This document shows, piece by piece, positions 24,711 through 35,940 of a stretch of DNA of 64,000 nucleotides (position 1 is the stretch's first letter; each line of letters starts with the position of its first letter). Source of the DNA: Lama guanicoe (lineage: Eukaryota); assembly GCA_013239625.1 (NCBI GenBank), contig MU053561.1, forward strand, positions 2,031,818 through 2,095,817. The letters are read 5' to 3'. The notes beneath the pieces are model-generated. The model saw nothing but the letters and a program-made list of their open reading frames with translations, was not told where the DNA came from and made no database searches. The translations under genes and the position numbers were made by a program.

Positions 24711-26369
24711 GCTGGAAGAGATCTACCCTGCATGCCCCAACCAACCCCACAGCCCATGCAAGTGTGTGCGTGTATGTGTGTGTGTGGGGTGGGGTATGGA
24801 GGAAAAGGCGTGTCTTTGGGCTCATGAAACTGTCAACTGGGTGTTACATCTCAAAAAGATTTTAGATTGTCAGCTTTTCTAGAATTAGTCACTGCATGAT
24901 CACTTCAATGCCCGGGCAGCCAACATGCAGATGTGACCTGCTTGTCTCTGTCCTGTGGCTCGGGTTTGCTTTCCTCCAGAGACCTCTGCCCCTTCTTCCA
25001 GGAAGAGCGGTGGACCAGGGCCTGCAGCTGGAGTGTCGCATCAGCTGTTCTCACAGGCTGCACTTCCTCGAGTTTCTAGAAAACTCACCATCTTCCCAGC
25101 CCCTTTCAGTGCAGCCCAGGGCTCCGGAAGGCCTGTTTGAGGGAGGCGAGCATTGGTAGCCTGGAAGTGGAGCCCCCAGGGGCAGGGGCCAGAGATAGGC
25201 TGGTGGGGGAGGCAGAGCGCGGGGCAGGCTGGGGCCCGTCTGAACCCACCCCTGCCCATCACAGCTGCCAGCCTGAGCTTCGTCATCTGTAAATAACCCG
25301 TGCAGGGTTGTCGTGGGGGTCAGATGAGCTCCTGGGTGAGTCTGTTTCGGTGTCGTGTGCCTTTGCCATCTGCACACGTCACCATTCTCCGCTCCCCTCG
25401 AAAGCTGCACCTGCAGACCAGCAAGTTTCTAGTGGCTAGACCTAGTTTTTCTTAGCCCCTTAGACCGTGGAGATGCAAATTGTTGCACACCTGGAGAGTC
25501 ATTTAGGTTATTTTCCTTTCCCAGCCCCGTTTTTGACCTCAGAGCAAAGACATAAAATCCTCAGGGCCCCAGGGCACAGCATTGGGGTTCGTTGAGACAG
25601 GAAAACCCCAGAGCCAGAGATGAAAAAAAACCATCACTTACCTGAAGGGTGGGTGGGGAGGAGACAGCCCTGTGATGGTGGGGGGGAAAAAACCCAAGCA
25701 GGGGAGACTCCACATGGACTGGCCCTGAGGTTTGAAGGAGCGTCCTGGTTCAAGGATGTGAGAGGCACTCAGTGGGGACGAGGAGATAAAAAGAAGCCAA
25801 CCCACACGGGGAGTTGGAATGTTACCCTACATGCAGGGAGAACATTTGAGCTGGGGAGCAAAATACTTTTTGAAGGGGATTCGGGAAGATCTGCTGATGG
25901 GAGCGGGAGCAGGCGCCGAGGGTAAGATCCTGAGCTGCTTCTCAGCGTGCTGTTACTTGCAAGAGCGCATTGAAGTCTCACGACACCCTTGTGAGGTGAC
26001 TGCTATTATCCTTGTTACCCTGGGGCTGAGTAGCCCTGAGAAACAGACTCAGAGAGGTTGAGGTTTGCCTAGAGGCCACTCAGCTGGTGAGCTGTGGAGC
26101 CAGCTCTCCAAGCCCATGCTTTCGCCTACTAAGCCTTACTGCCTTTGCTTTAAAAAAAAAAAAAGGATCTATACTTGGTGGTCACCACCTCTCATTTACT
26201 TGTCAGCCCCCTGCAACAGGGCTTTGCCCCTCTCTGCTCCCTGCACCTGCCTCTGCAGTCACAGTGATATGTCCAGTCCCTAATCCATGCCAGCCTCTGA
26301 TGCTGCCAACCCCCCGCCCTTGGCTCCCGAGACATCACACCTTCCTGCTTCTCCTGGTACTCCACCTGC

Positions 26370-26649
26370 CTCTCAACAGTCAGGAGCTGAGGCTCTCAGT
26401 CCAGCAACCTGCAAGGAACTGAATTCTAAGAGCAATGTGAGCTTGGAAGTTGATTCCTCCCCAGTCGAGCCTGCGATGAGACCCCTACCCTGGCCACCCT
26501 GACTTGACTGCAGCCTTGTCAGACCCCCTGAGCACCCAGCTAAGCTGTGCTCTGATTCCTGACCCTCAGAAACTGTGAGGTCACAATGGTATTGTTTTCA
26601 GGTGCTAAGTTTATGCTAATTTATCACATGGCAATAGGAAATGAACACA
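26370..26649 (+). mobile_element. MaLR LTR (MLT1D/E-like) 3' half
   Basis: CTCAGTCCAGCAACCTGCAAGGAACTGAATTCT...GTGAGCTTGGAAG...CCCCAGTCGAGCCT...CCCAGCTAAGCTGTG...TTCCTGACCCTCAGAAACTGTGAG...GCAATAGGAAATGAACA. Confidence 0.8.
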
Positions 26650-27464
26650 TTTACAGTCTCTTCACCTGTTTGAACAAAGGGAGGAGAACTCTTTCTGCCG
26701 TAAGCAGGATGGAAACCCAACAGGGATGCCCCAAGCCCACGGGACCAGCCCATCTCACCAGTTCTCCTGCACATCTTCCCCCATATCTACTTTTCTATCA
26801 TTCCCTGAACCAGTACTTTCTCTACCTAGAATATCTGCCTCTTGGCCTGTGAACTCACTTTTACCCATCCTGGACTGTTTGAAATGACACTTCCTCCATG
26901 AAGCCCTCCGAGATTGACCCCTGCTATAGGATTTCAGAGCTCACTCTCCATCCCTCCATCCATGTCCCGTGACTGCCAGAGCCCCACATCTCACCTTATT
27001 TATCATTGTATACCCAGAGCCTGTGAAGTCACAGGGATGCGATACACGTGCACTGAGTGCATGAATAGTTCAGCCCAGCACACCTCCTCCACCGGGAACA
27101 CGATTGCCAGCGAGGGGGTCAGTAACCACCTTGAGTAGGAGACAAGGCCTTGCTGTCACCGTCGTGGCCTTCTTTGAGTGTTATCATATGATATTTATGT
27201 AAGTGGGGAGAGCTACCTTCACGGGACTGCAGATCCGGGTGAATGAAAGGCCCTTTTGTTGTGCTCGGAGCCAGGATGGTTCTGGATATGCAAGTTGATC
27301 TGTGGTAGAGCAAAGGGTCGGGGTGGGGAACAGCCTAGAGCGGGAGCCTGGGAGATGCGGGCCCTGCAGACCGCAGAGGTGACACAGACCACGAGAAATC
27401 CCCAGTCATGGGGAGCCAGGAACAGAACATCTGATGTTCAATTTGAAGTTGTCAGCATTGCTGT

Positions 27465-27565
27465 TAGAGTTGCAAGATTTAGAAAAAATATATTTGGGAC
27501 ACAACAATGAAAGAAATTGTTTATCTGAAATTCAAATTGAACTTGGCGCCTGGATATGATCTGGA
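27465..27565. mobile_element. MER53-like hAT MITE, internally deleted
   Basis: TAGAGTTGCAAGATTTAG...TTGGGACA...TTGTTTATCTGAAATTCAAATTGAACTTGGCG. Confidence 0.65.
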
Positions 27566-28164
27566 TATATATTTACTGTTCTATAAACCCCTCCTCCTAC
27601 AAATGTTCAGTCAAATCTACAATGAACACCGTGCCTTGAATGATTTAGTCTGTTTGTGAATATAATTTAGGTAAAGATCTTTCCCTGAAACTTTTGTTAT
27701 GAATGTATCTGCCTACATATATGTGTACCCGGTTGCAAGGCAGAAACATATTTCTGGGTTGTGGTCCAATTAGTTTGAATGTCATCAATTTATAAAATGA
27801 GTACCACAGATTATGACATGGAACATGGAACCAGGACAGTGTCCTCTCTCTTATTATCACCCGAATACCCAGCACACAGACACTCAGTAAAGATGTACTG
27901 CGTGAAGGAATGAAGCTAGGGGTTAAGAGAGAAGGGAAAAATCACCCCGGCTCAGATGTTAGGGATTCGACAACAGTAAGAGCGTGTATGGCATTTTCTC
28001 TGCAATTTCTGTGCGCCGCTGGAGTAGAGGCCAGACTGCAGAAGTAAATGGGAGGTGAGACAAATGACGGTGGAGATCGAGAGGCATTTGTTTTGTTTGC
28101 TCTGAAGACATGAAAGGTTAATGTGTGTCCAGAGGAGATTACATAGGAAAGGCATGCTCTGTTA

Positions 28165-28324
28165 CTGCACTGTCCACTAACAGAACCACTCGCCCCATGT
28201 GGCTATTTAAGTTAAAATTAATTAAGATGCAGCTCCTTAATCACAGTAGCTAAGTGGCTACCATATTGCACAGAGCAGATTGAGCATGTATAAGTCATTG
28301 TCAAAGGTCTATTGGACAGCACTG
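28165..28324 (-). mobile_element. MER3-like hAT-Charlie MITE
   Basis: Inverted termini CTGCACTGTCCA ... TATTGGACAGCACTG; internal CATGTGGCTATTTAA and AGTGGCTACCATATTG; followed by a CTCTAGAA target-like site. Confidence 0.75.
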
Positions 28325-29742
28325 CTCTAGAAAAAAGTATCAATCCATCATGTCTCTGCTGGCTTCAGTAAAACAAGTTTAGGTTAAACCAGTGCACAGC
28401 TACCCCCGGCTTCCTCCTACCAGAAACATTCTCCAAACCTGGCAGAAATACCATTCGGATTTTATTACAGTCTCTGCACGACAGAGTCACATTTGGCCCC
28501 AGGAGTGTGAGATCAGTGGGGACACCAGGAGGATGCCGGACCTCGGGATGTGGTCTGGGGGTGGTCCGACGTTCTGTGTGTTTGCAGTGTTTTCCCAGCA
28601 CATCCCACAATGGTCTGGGACAACTGGAGGCAGCTCATGATCCATCGCACGGGGAAAGGAGGTGTGGGCGGGCCGGGTGTGCTGATGGAAGGCACCGGCA
28701 CAGTGCCCCACAGGGAGGATTGGCGCATTCAGGCTGGGGGAGACACGGGGTCCTTACAGCAACATTCCAGTCCTACGAAATCCAAGTGACTGTTAGAGAA
28801 CCAACAAATTGTGTTTATGATTTCTTTATGCAGTTTTCATGGTTTTTATACGGCACCTTAGTAGCAAAAAGAATGTGGTGGAAGATGATGTGTTATCATC
28901 CACCAGAGCTGTCCACTTAGGCTCTGTTGTTAAGGTCCTGCTGACCCGCTGAAGTGACCGAGTCACTTCGGAACTTTAAAAATACGATTTCCAATTTTAA
29001 GAGAAAATCTCTCTCTCTCCTCTTTTTGAAATCACCTTGCTCCCAAAGGTAAGTTCAGTTCAAAGAAGAGGTGCTTTTTCCTCATAGAAACTTGTTTACT
29101 TCTCTTTTCTTTCATCCTCGTTACTGATTTATGACCCCTGGGTTCTATTTATCTTATCGCTTCTCCAATAAGGCAGGAGTTGGGAGGAAACTCTGGAACC
29201 ATTTCTGAACCATAGTTTGTGATGAGGTAGCGGAGGCTCAAAAAAGTTAAATGAGCTGCCCAAGGACATGGAAACGACATATTCAAAATCGTCCACAAAT
29301 AAAAATATTCTGTTCAATAAGACAGTTGAAGTATACAAACAACTGTTGAAGGAAGGAAGCACGTTCTGAAAGAATAAAACTATAAATCTGCTTCTAGCAA
29401 GTTCAAAACCAGGCCAGACCAAAAAACCACACCTGGAGGTGCCTACACGGGTGGTAAAACTACAAGGAGAAGGAAGAAGCCGTGTCACAGAGGGCAGGAG
29501 AGGGGCACCCTGGGGACGAGGGAGAGTGCGGGGATGCAGGCTCCCGCGGGGCTTCTGACAGCCCCGCAAGGTTGTCCCTGCTTAAACTGGGGGTAGTTAC
29601 ACAAATAAGAAAAAGTGAAGTATATGTTTTCTCATCTCATCGATTCAAAAATTACAAAAGGCTCATTCATTTGGACTCAGCAGTCCAGAATCAGTGGGAA
29701 TTCATAGGTGGAGCAGGTTATTTTTCTGAGAATTGAGCTTTT

Positions 29743-29853
29743 TTTGTTTTTAAATTTTTTTTCTTCCTTTTTTTTTTTCAATAGAGGTACTGGGGATTGA
29801 ACCCAGGACCTTGTGCATGCTAAGCATGTGCTCTACCACTGAGCTATATACCC
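29743..29853 (-). mobile_element. Camelid tRNA-derived SINE, short form, with TSD
   Basis: Minus strand GGGTATATAGCTCAGTGGTAGAGCACATGCTTAGCATGCACAAGGTCCTGGGTTCAATCCCCAGTACCTC plus poly(A). TSD TGAGAATTGAGCTTTT / TGAGGATTGAGCCTTT (2 mismatches). Confidence 0.92.
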
Positions 29854-32399
29854 TGAGGATTGAGCCTTTAAGTGGGGGGATGGGAGCCACAGGGGGATGT
29901 CAACTACTCCGGACTCTGCTTCCAGTGCTGCCGCAGTGTGTCTTCCTCCTCTTCTATGGGGATTTCAGAATGGTCCTTGGGGCCCTGCGGAGGTGAGTCA
30001 GGGCTCCCAAGGGAGTGATAAGCCAACCTCCGAGAGGGGCTCCGGGTCCCTAACTCAGCTACAGCCCAGCTCCGCTGATTCTAACTGCTTTCCATACTGG
30101 ATCTACAAGAGATTTCATTTTAAAAATGGCTTTTGATGCTAACAGAGAAATGTAAAAAAAATCCCTGGGTATCAGTTCTCCCTTTAGTAATAGACATAAT
30201 ATTTAGAAATACTAAAATTACTTTTCTTAAAAAAATAAAATCTCTCTTCCGGATTATTCACCAGGAAGACTTCCTTCAGGCTCCCCTCTGGACCCAGAGG
30301 TTCCAGGTTCTGCTCCCGGACTCCCCACCTCACCCCTTCCAACTATACCCTCCCCGCCTTCTGTGCAGAGGAAAAGGCTGCTTCCTTGGGTCACGTGGGC
30401 CAGTTTCAGCCATGCTGGCTCACCCAGGGGTCTTCTATAGGGAAGCTGTGGTTTCTAGGGGGTGGAGTCCCCCAGTCCGCACTGGGCAGGATGCACAGCT
30501 GGGCCACAGGAGAAAGGAGTCGGGGACCAGTTGCAGCCACCACAGTCTGGATTCCATGGGGCCAAGCCATGTGCTGCTGGCTCTGATGTCCTTGTCTAGA
30601 CTTGTCAGCTCTTGCGCCTCTAGGAGCCTCCAGCTCGGGACCTCTGGCCTCCTCTCTGACCTGCTGGCTTCTAGAGCTGCTGACATAGGAGTCCTTCAGC
30701 ATGCAGATTGCCTGGTCCCTGCTAGCACGAGCTGGGCACTGTGAGATCCCGTTACATGACTGCCCGGAGCCACGGCCCAGGGAGCCAGGAGGGAAGGGGC
30801 TGTGCTCCCACGGGCTGCCTAGCAGGGTGGCAATGTGGATTGGAAGCGTGCTGGATGGCAGCACCAGCCCAGCCACTTGCCATTCAGAGAATGTGCTCCC
30901 TCCGGAGAAGCTTGCCTATTGTGACTCCAAGACTACATTCAAAGTCATGGACGAGATGTATTATGTAACCAAAGGCAACCGTTCATCTCGGCCTCGCTCC
31001 AGAACTTCTTTATTAAAAACAGCTAAGACCATTTACTCAGTTATTACTACATTCCGGGCATTCTACTAAGTGCTTTATGTACGTATCTGGGTCAATCCAA
31101 GTTAATCCTACATAAAATTTAAGTACTTTTACTCATTTTATTGATGCAGAAACTAACACATAGAGAGGTTTGGTAGCTGTCAGGATTACCCAGGGGATTA
31201 CCCAGGTTCCCAGGGGAACCCAGGTCTCAATGGTCCATCCAATCCACTGAAGTATCAACAGGAATTGCCCTGCTGCACGCACAGAGCAAGCCCACTGTGG
31301 CCGCCATCTGCGCACCTCAATGTCCCCCACTGCCTCACCAGGCGTCCCCCATCACAATGTCCCCAGTTCCCCCATCTCCGTTATAGTCCCCGGACCTTCA
31401 TTTCTGAGGGACACCTCCTCCATAGTTTGTAGTTTGTTTCTCTGCAGGGTCCCACGTAGAGCAGATGCTGCCCAAGGCAGGGTCCTCAATGAACCCCCAA
31501 GGAACCTAACTTTGGGGACCCAAGGTCAGTTCTCAGACTTCTAGGACCTTCCATATGTATGTCTACATTCATGGCTACAGTCCAATAGGGGATGATCCCA
31601 GTGACACCTCTGAGTTACTAAGAACAGATAAAATTATACTCAGTGATCTGTATGCCTTGGACACATATTTAATCACCTGTGTATGTTTCCTCATCTACAA
31701 AATGATGATGATGCTTGCACACCCTCACAGGGTTGTTGTGAGGATTATATTAATTAATACCTGTAGAGCAAACAAAACTGTGCCAAACTCATTAAGTATT
31801 ATTATTATTATTGGTATTGACATTTGATGACTCTCGCAAGGGCAGAAATGTGTGCAGTGAATTTTAGAAATAATTCTATCAAGAAGGTAAAATGTTTGAG
31901 GTGCTGGCACTCCAGGGCTAATCTTTGGGTATGTGAGAAACCCGCTGGCCCAGCAACTCCCATCGCCTGAGGGACAGGATAACCCAGAGGTGCAGCACCA
32001 TCAGGCCACTGGAGCTAAGAGATAAAGGACCAGGGAGTCGCTGGGTTAGTTTAAGCTTTCTTAAATTGCCAGAATAGGTCCCCTGATTAGCCATACCCCT
32101 TCATCCAGCATTTGAAGGAAATGATTGACAACATGTTAGATGAAACTTTTTAATCAGAAGAACAGCATTGCTATGGTGATTTCTTTCTTGGATGCTTTCA
32201 TTGCTCTCCACCCCCATCCCTTTGCTTCACTTTCCAGAAACAGAAACTGGCCTTCCGGCCTTTGGCCTCCACCGCACCAACTCCCATCACTGCAGGTCCC
32301 ATTCTCAGGGAAGAGGCAGGTAGATGACACAGGACTCTGAGGAGGGTGGTCTCCATCAAAGCTGAAGCCAACCACAAGCTGAAGAGTTGTGCTTGGTGG

Positions 32400-34850
32400 A
32401 TTTTATTTTTACCATGCCCACACGTCTGGGGATTCTATTTATGGTAAACCCAGTAGGAATAAAGATTTGTTCAGTTCAAAAGCAATCTCTAGACTTTCAC
32501 TTCCAGCCATTCTTAACCTCTTGCCTGGAAAAACAAACAAACAAAAACTTGAAACCAGACAAAATGTATGAAAGATGTCGGGTATCAGGCAATGAAAGGT
32601 GGTGATTCCTGAGAGATGGGAAACCAAGGAATGGAGTCCTCTGATTGCCTCAGCTCACTGGCTGGAGGGAGTTTCCAGGCTTCTAAGACAGGGAGGGGGG
32701 AAGCCAAGGGGAGCTGAATTTTGGAGATGGAGCTGGGAATATGGGAGTGTGCAGGGCAGGGGATCAGAGAGTAGAGAGCTACATGGGGAGGGAGCCCCAG
32801 AGATCTGTGGATCTTCTGCAGGTCTTCAGCTGAGCACTGACCAATGCAAACATGTAGGGGAAACTTCTCAGGGATGGGGAAAGAACCATCCTAAAGGATT
32901 AGAGGGAATAATCCCCAGTGTTCCACAGAGCCAGCAATGGTCCCTACTCCTTCCAGAAGAGCGGAAAGCCTTATCATGAAGTATCAGGTGGAGAACCAAC
33001 ATAGATGATAAAATTGGTAGACGAGAATATTTTAAAAGTTACAATATTAGAATGGCTAAAATCCAAAACACTGACAACACCAAATGCTGATGAGCATGTG
33101 GAGCAACAGGAACGCTCATTCATTGCTGGTGACAATGCAAAATGGTGCAGCCACTCTAGAAGAGAGTTTGGCAGTTTATCACAAACCTAAACATACTCTT
33201 ACCATATGAGCCAACAATTCATTTGTAAAAACCCATAGAATGTAGAACACAAAGAGTGAGTCCTAATGTAAACTCTGAACTTTAGTTAATAATAATGTGT
33301 CAATATTGACTTATCAATTGTAACACATGTTCCATACTAATGCAAGATGTTAATTAATAATAGACAAACTATGGGGGGGGCAGGGAAGAGAGAGGCGGTA
33401 GAGGGAGATTCTCTGTATTTCTGCTTAACTTTTTTGTAAACCTTAAACTACTGTTAAAAAGTCTTTTAATTGAAAAAAGAACGACATAATGTACAAAGTG
33501 TTATGATAACTCCATGCCATATTTTCAGAAAGATAGAGAAAAGATTAAATATGCTAAGAAAAGAAATGGAAGATATAAAAAGACCCAAACCAAACTTTCA
33601 GAGATGACAATGGTAATGTATGGAATGAAAAATATCCTGGTTAGAAATAACAGCAGATCAGGCATTGGTAGAGGATAGGAGGGTTACTCTGCAGAAGTTG
33701 AATTGGAAAGGCTCTGGATTTGGGATACCAACAATAGGTAAGGGACGATCGAGACACTCTTCTGAAAGTGGAGATTCAATGAAAGTCCACACAGTAGACT
33801 GTGAGTCAGGCATGGACCTCCAGATATACATATGGACGAAAGAGTCCTCTTGGGAAAACTGGTCAACCCAAGAGAACATACCTACAGAGATTCACACTGG
33901 GGGTCTCCCAACAAAGTGTGGCTGAGTACCTGCCTCATCTCTCTGCAGAGAAGGCTGGAAACTCTAAGTGTGCCTCATGCACTGAGTAGAGTTTCTAATT
34001 AATATTTAAGTGAAATAAGAATGCACAGCCAAGGGTCATCTACCTTCTGAAGAAAGTCTCTAAATGAAAGATGGGATAAAACACATAAACAGAGAAAAGG
34101 AACTTGGAGAGAAGAGAGTAAAAGGAGCATGAGAAAGTATCAGCAAAATGTGTAACTATTCTTTTTAGAGTGATAAGAGAAGATACTGCATCTAAGAAAT
34201 AGGAATAGAAAGTTTTTTTTTAAAGAGTATTATAAAGAACTTTTGAAAGTTAAAACTTGGAAGCAAAAATTAAAAATTCAACAGAAAATTTAGAAAGTAT
34301 GTTCCAGATATTAAGGATATCACTCAGAAGTTAAAAGAAAAGATATAGATAGACAGAGACAGACAGACAGGGACAGAAAGAGAATTTGTTTGAGAACCAA
34401 AGAGAAACAATAGCAATCGAGGAGTAGCTCAGAAGTTCCAACGTCTGATTAATCAAATTCCAGAAAGAGAAAAGGAAGAAAATGTTTGCAAAGAAATAAT
34501 AAAGGAAAAATTTCCCATAACGGAAAGACATGACTTTCATATTAAAATGACCCATGGAGTGCCCAGTGCAGTGAATGTAAGTTCACACACACACACGAGG
34601 CACTTCATCATGGAATTTCAGAATCCCAGAAGAGAAGGCCCTTAGAGGGCAGATAATGGGGACAGGTCATACACAAAGGATGAGGGGCTAGTGTGGCATC
34701 AGACTTCTCCACAGCAATACTAGAAGCTGAACAGCAATGAAAAACTGCCTTAGCCTTTTCAAGGAAGATGACTTCCAGCCTAGAAGTTTATGTCCAGCTA
34801 AATTCAACCAAATATAAAGGTAGAATGAAGATATCTTAGGCAAGCAAGCA
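32400..34850 (+). mobile_element. Cluster of old L1 fragments (5'/ORF1-like relics plus an L1MC-type ORF2-3' piece at ~33045-33478)
   Basis: GAATGGCTAAAATCCAAAACACTGACAACACCAAATGCTG...GGAGCAACAGGAACGCTCATTCATTGCTGGTG (late ORF2); TAATGTAAACTCTGAACTTTAGTTAATAATAATGTGTCAATATTG (L1MC 3' UTR); A-rich ORF1-like relics such as CCAGCCTAGAAGTTTATGTCCAGCTAAA. Confidence 0.75.
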
Positions 34851-35015
34851 GGTTGACTGGGGAGCAGGGAACTCTGTCCTCTTAGCTGAACTGATTGGAG
34901 AGACTGAGATGACTGATGATGTCTCTGGGAGCTGGTCATCCAGGGGATAGCAGACAAGGGACACACCTGCATACAGCAGCGGTCTGGGAGACAGGGCCAT
35001 GTGTGGGGACATGAA

Positions 35016-35212
35016 CAGTTGTCATTCAAATACTGGCCCCCTAAGGGGAGCTTGGAAGCATAGAGGGGCATTGGCCGTCATAATCATTGGGGGATGCGAC
35101 AGCCACCTAGTTCCCTCAGGGGGCCAGGATGCTATGTCCTGCCATGCACGGCAGTCCCTCCACAAGGAACTGTGCTCCCCATAATCCCAAAGCACATCCA
35201 TGAGAAATACAG
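35016..35212. mobile_element. MER20-family hAT MITE
   Basis: GGCCAGGATGCTATGTCCTGCCATGCACGGCAGTCCCTCCACAAGGAACTG...TGAGAAATAC. Confidence 0.55.
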
Positions 35213-35484
35213 ACTAGACACTTTCCTTGGCTTCCACTAAGGCTGATTATGCCTGAGGTGGGACTGAGAGACTGTCCTGTGTGTTGTGGGGTGTGCTGGG
35301 TGAGATAGAGAAGACAGCTGATTTGGGGAGAATGGAGGAGAACATTCCAGGAGATAAAACACAATGACTGATTAAAATAAACAAGCATGCCATATGCCTG
35401 TGAGTCTACAGAACAAATTTTATAAAGCTATATTTGGGGATGCTCACCTTCGTAAAAGACTCACGAGTTGTTCTGAACCCCCTC

Positions 35485-35940
35485 ACCATGTGTCCCCTGA
35501 ACCACCGCTGAGCCTCCCTGTGGCCAGTCTCACCTCTGCCTCTCCATCCACCGCACAGTGACCATAGTGATCTTTCTCAAACTCAGATCTGATGGTGTCA
35601 CTCTCCTGCTCTGAAGCTTTCAGTGGCCTCCCACTGCCTCCCCGGTCCCTGGAGCACACAAAGACAGACCAGCTCATCCTGTAAGACCCAGCACCACGGC
35701 ATCTCCAGGGTGGGCTTGCCCAGTCATTCCCTTCTAATGAGACCCTCTCATTATACCCTCTGTTTTAGCTCATGTCCACAGTGTGACACTTGTGTGTCTT
35801 TATACAGTGTTTCCCAGGAGTCCGTGAGCTCCTCACCTGCTGCAGGAGTCCCTGCCTGCTTCTCACCCATCTTGGGATCGCCAGTGCCTGGCACCACGCC
35901 TGGCCTGGGGCAGGTACTCCCCACACACCTACTAAGCAGA
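35485..35940 (+). mobile_element. L2 LINE fragment
   Basis: GTGATCTTTCTCAAACTCAGATCTGATGGTGTCACTCTCCTGCTCTGAAGCTTTCAGTGGCCTCCCACTGCC ... CCAGTGCCTGGCACCACGCCTGGC. Confidence 0.7.

Noticed and set aside
3806..29853. Five tRNA-Ala(AGC)-like sequences (3806, 4163, 8802, 10464, 29783)
   Set aside because: They have A-rich tails, TSDs where readable, and scattered divergence from one another. They are SINE heads, not tRNA genes.
30133..30876. Overlapping 203-aa (+) and 156-aa (-) ORFs
   Set aside because: No recognisable domain or splice structure; typical of chance ORFs in GC-rich mammalian DNA.
31181..31225. Short CCCAGG-based tandem repeats
   Set aside because: Only about four degenerate units within a MIR relic; a slippage product, not an array with spacers.
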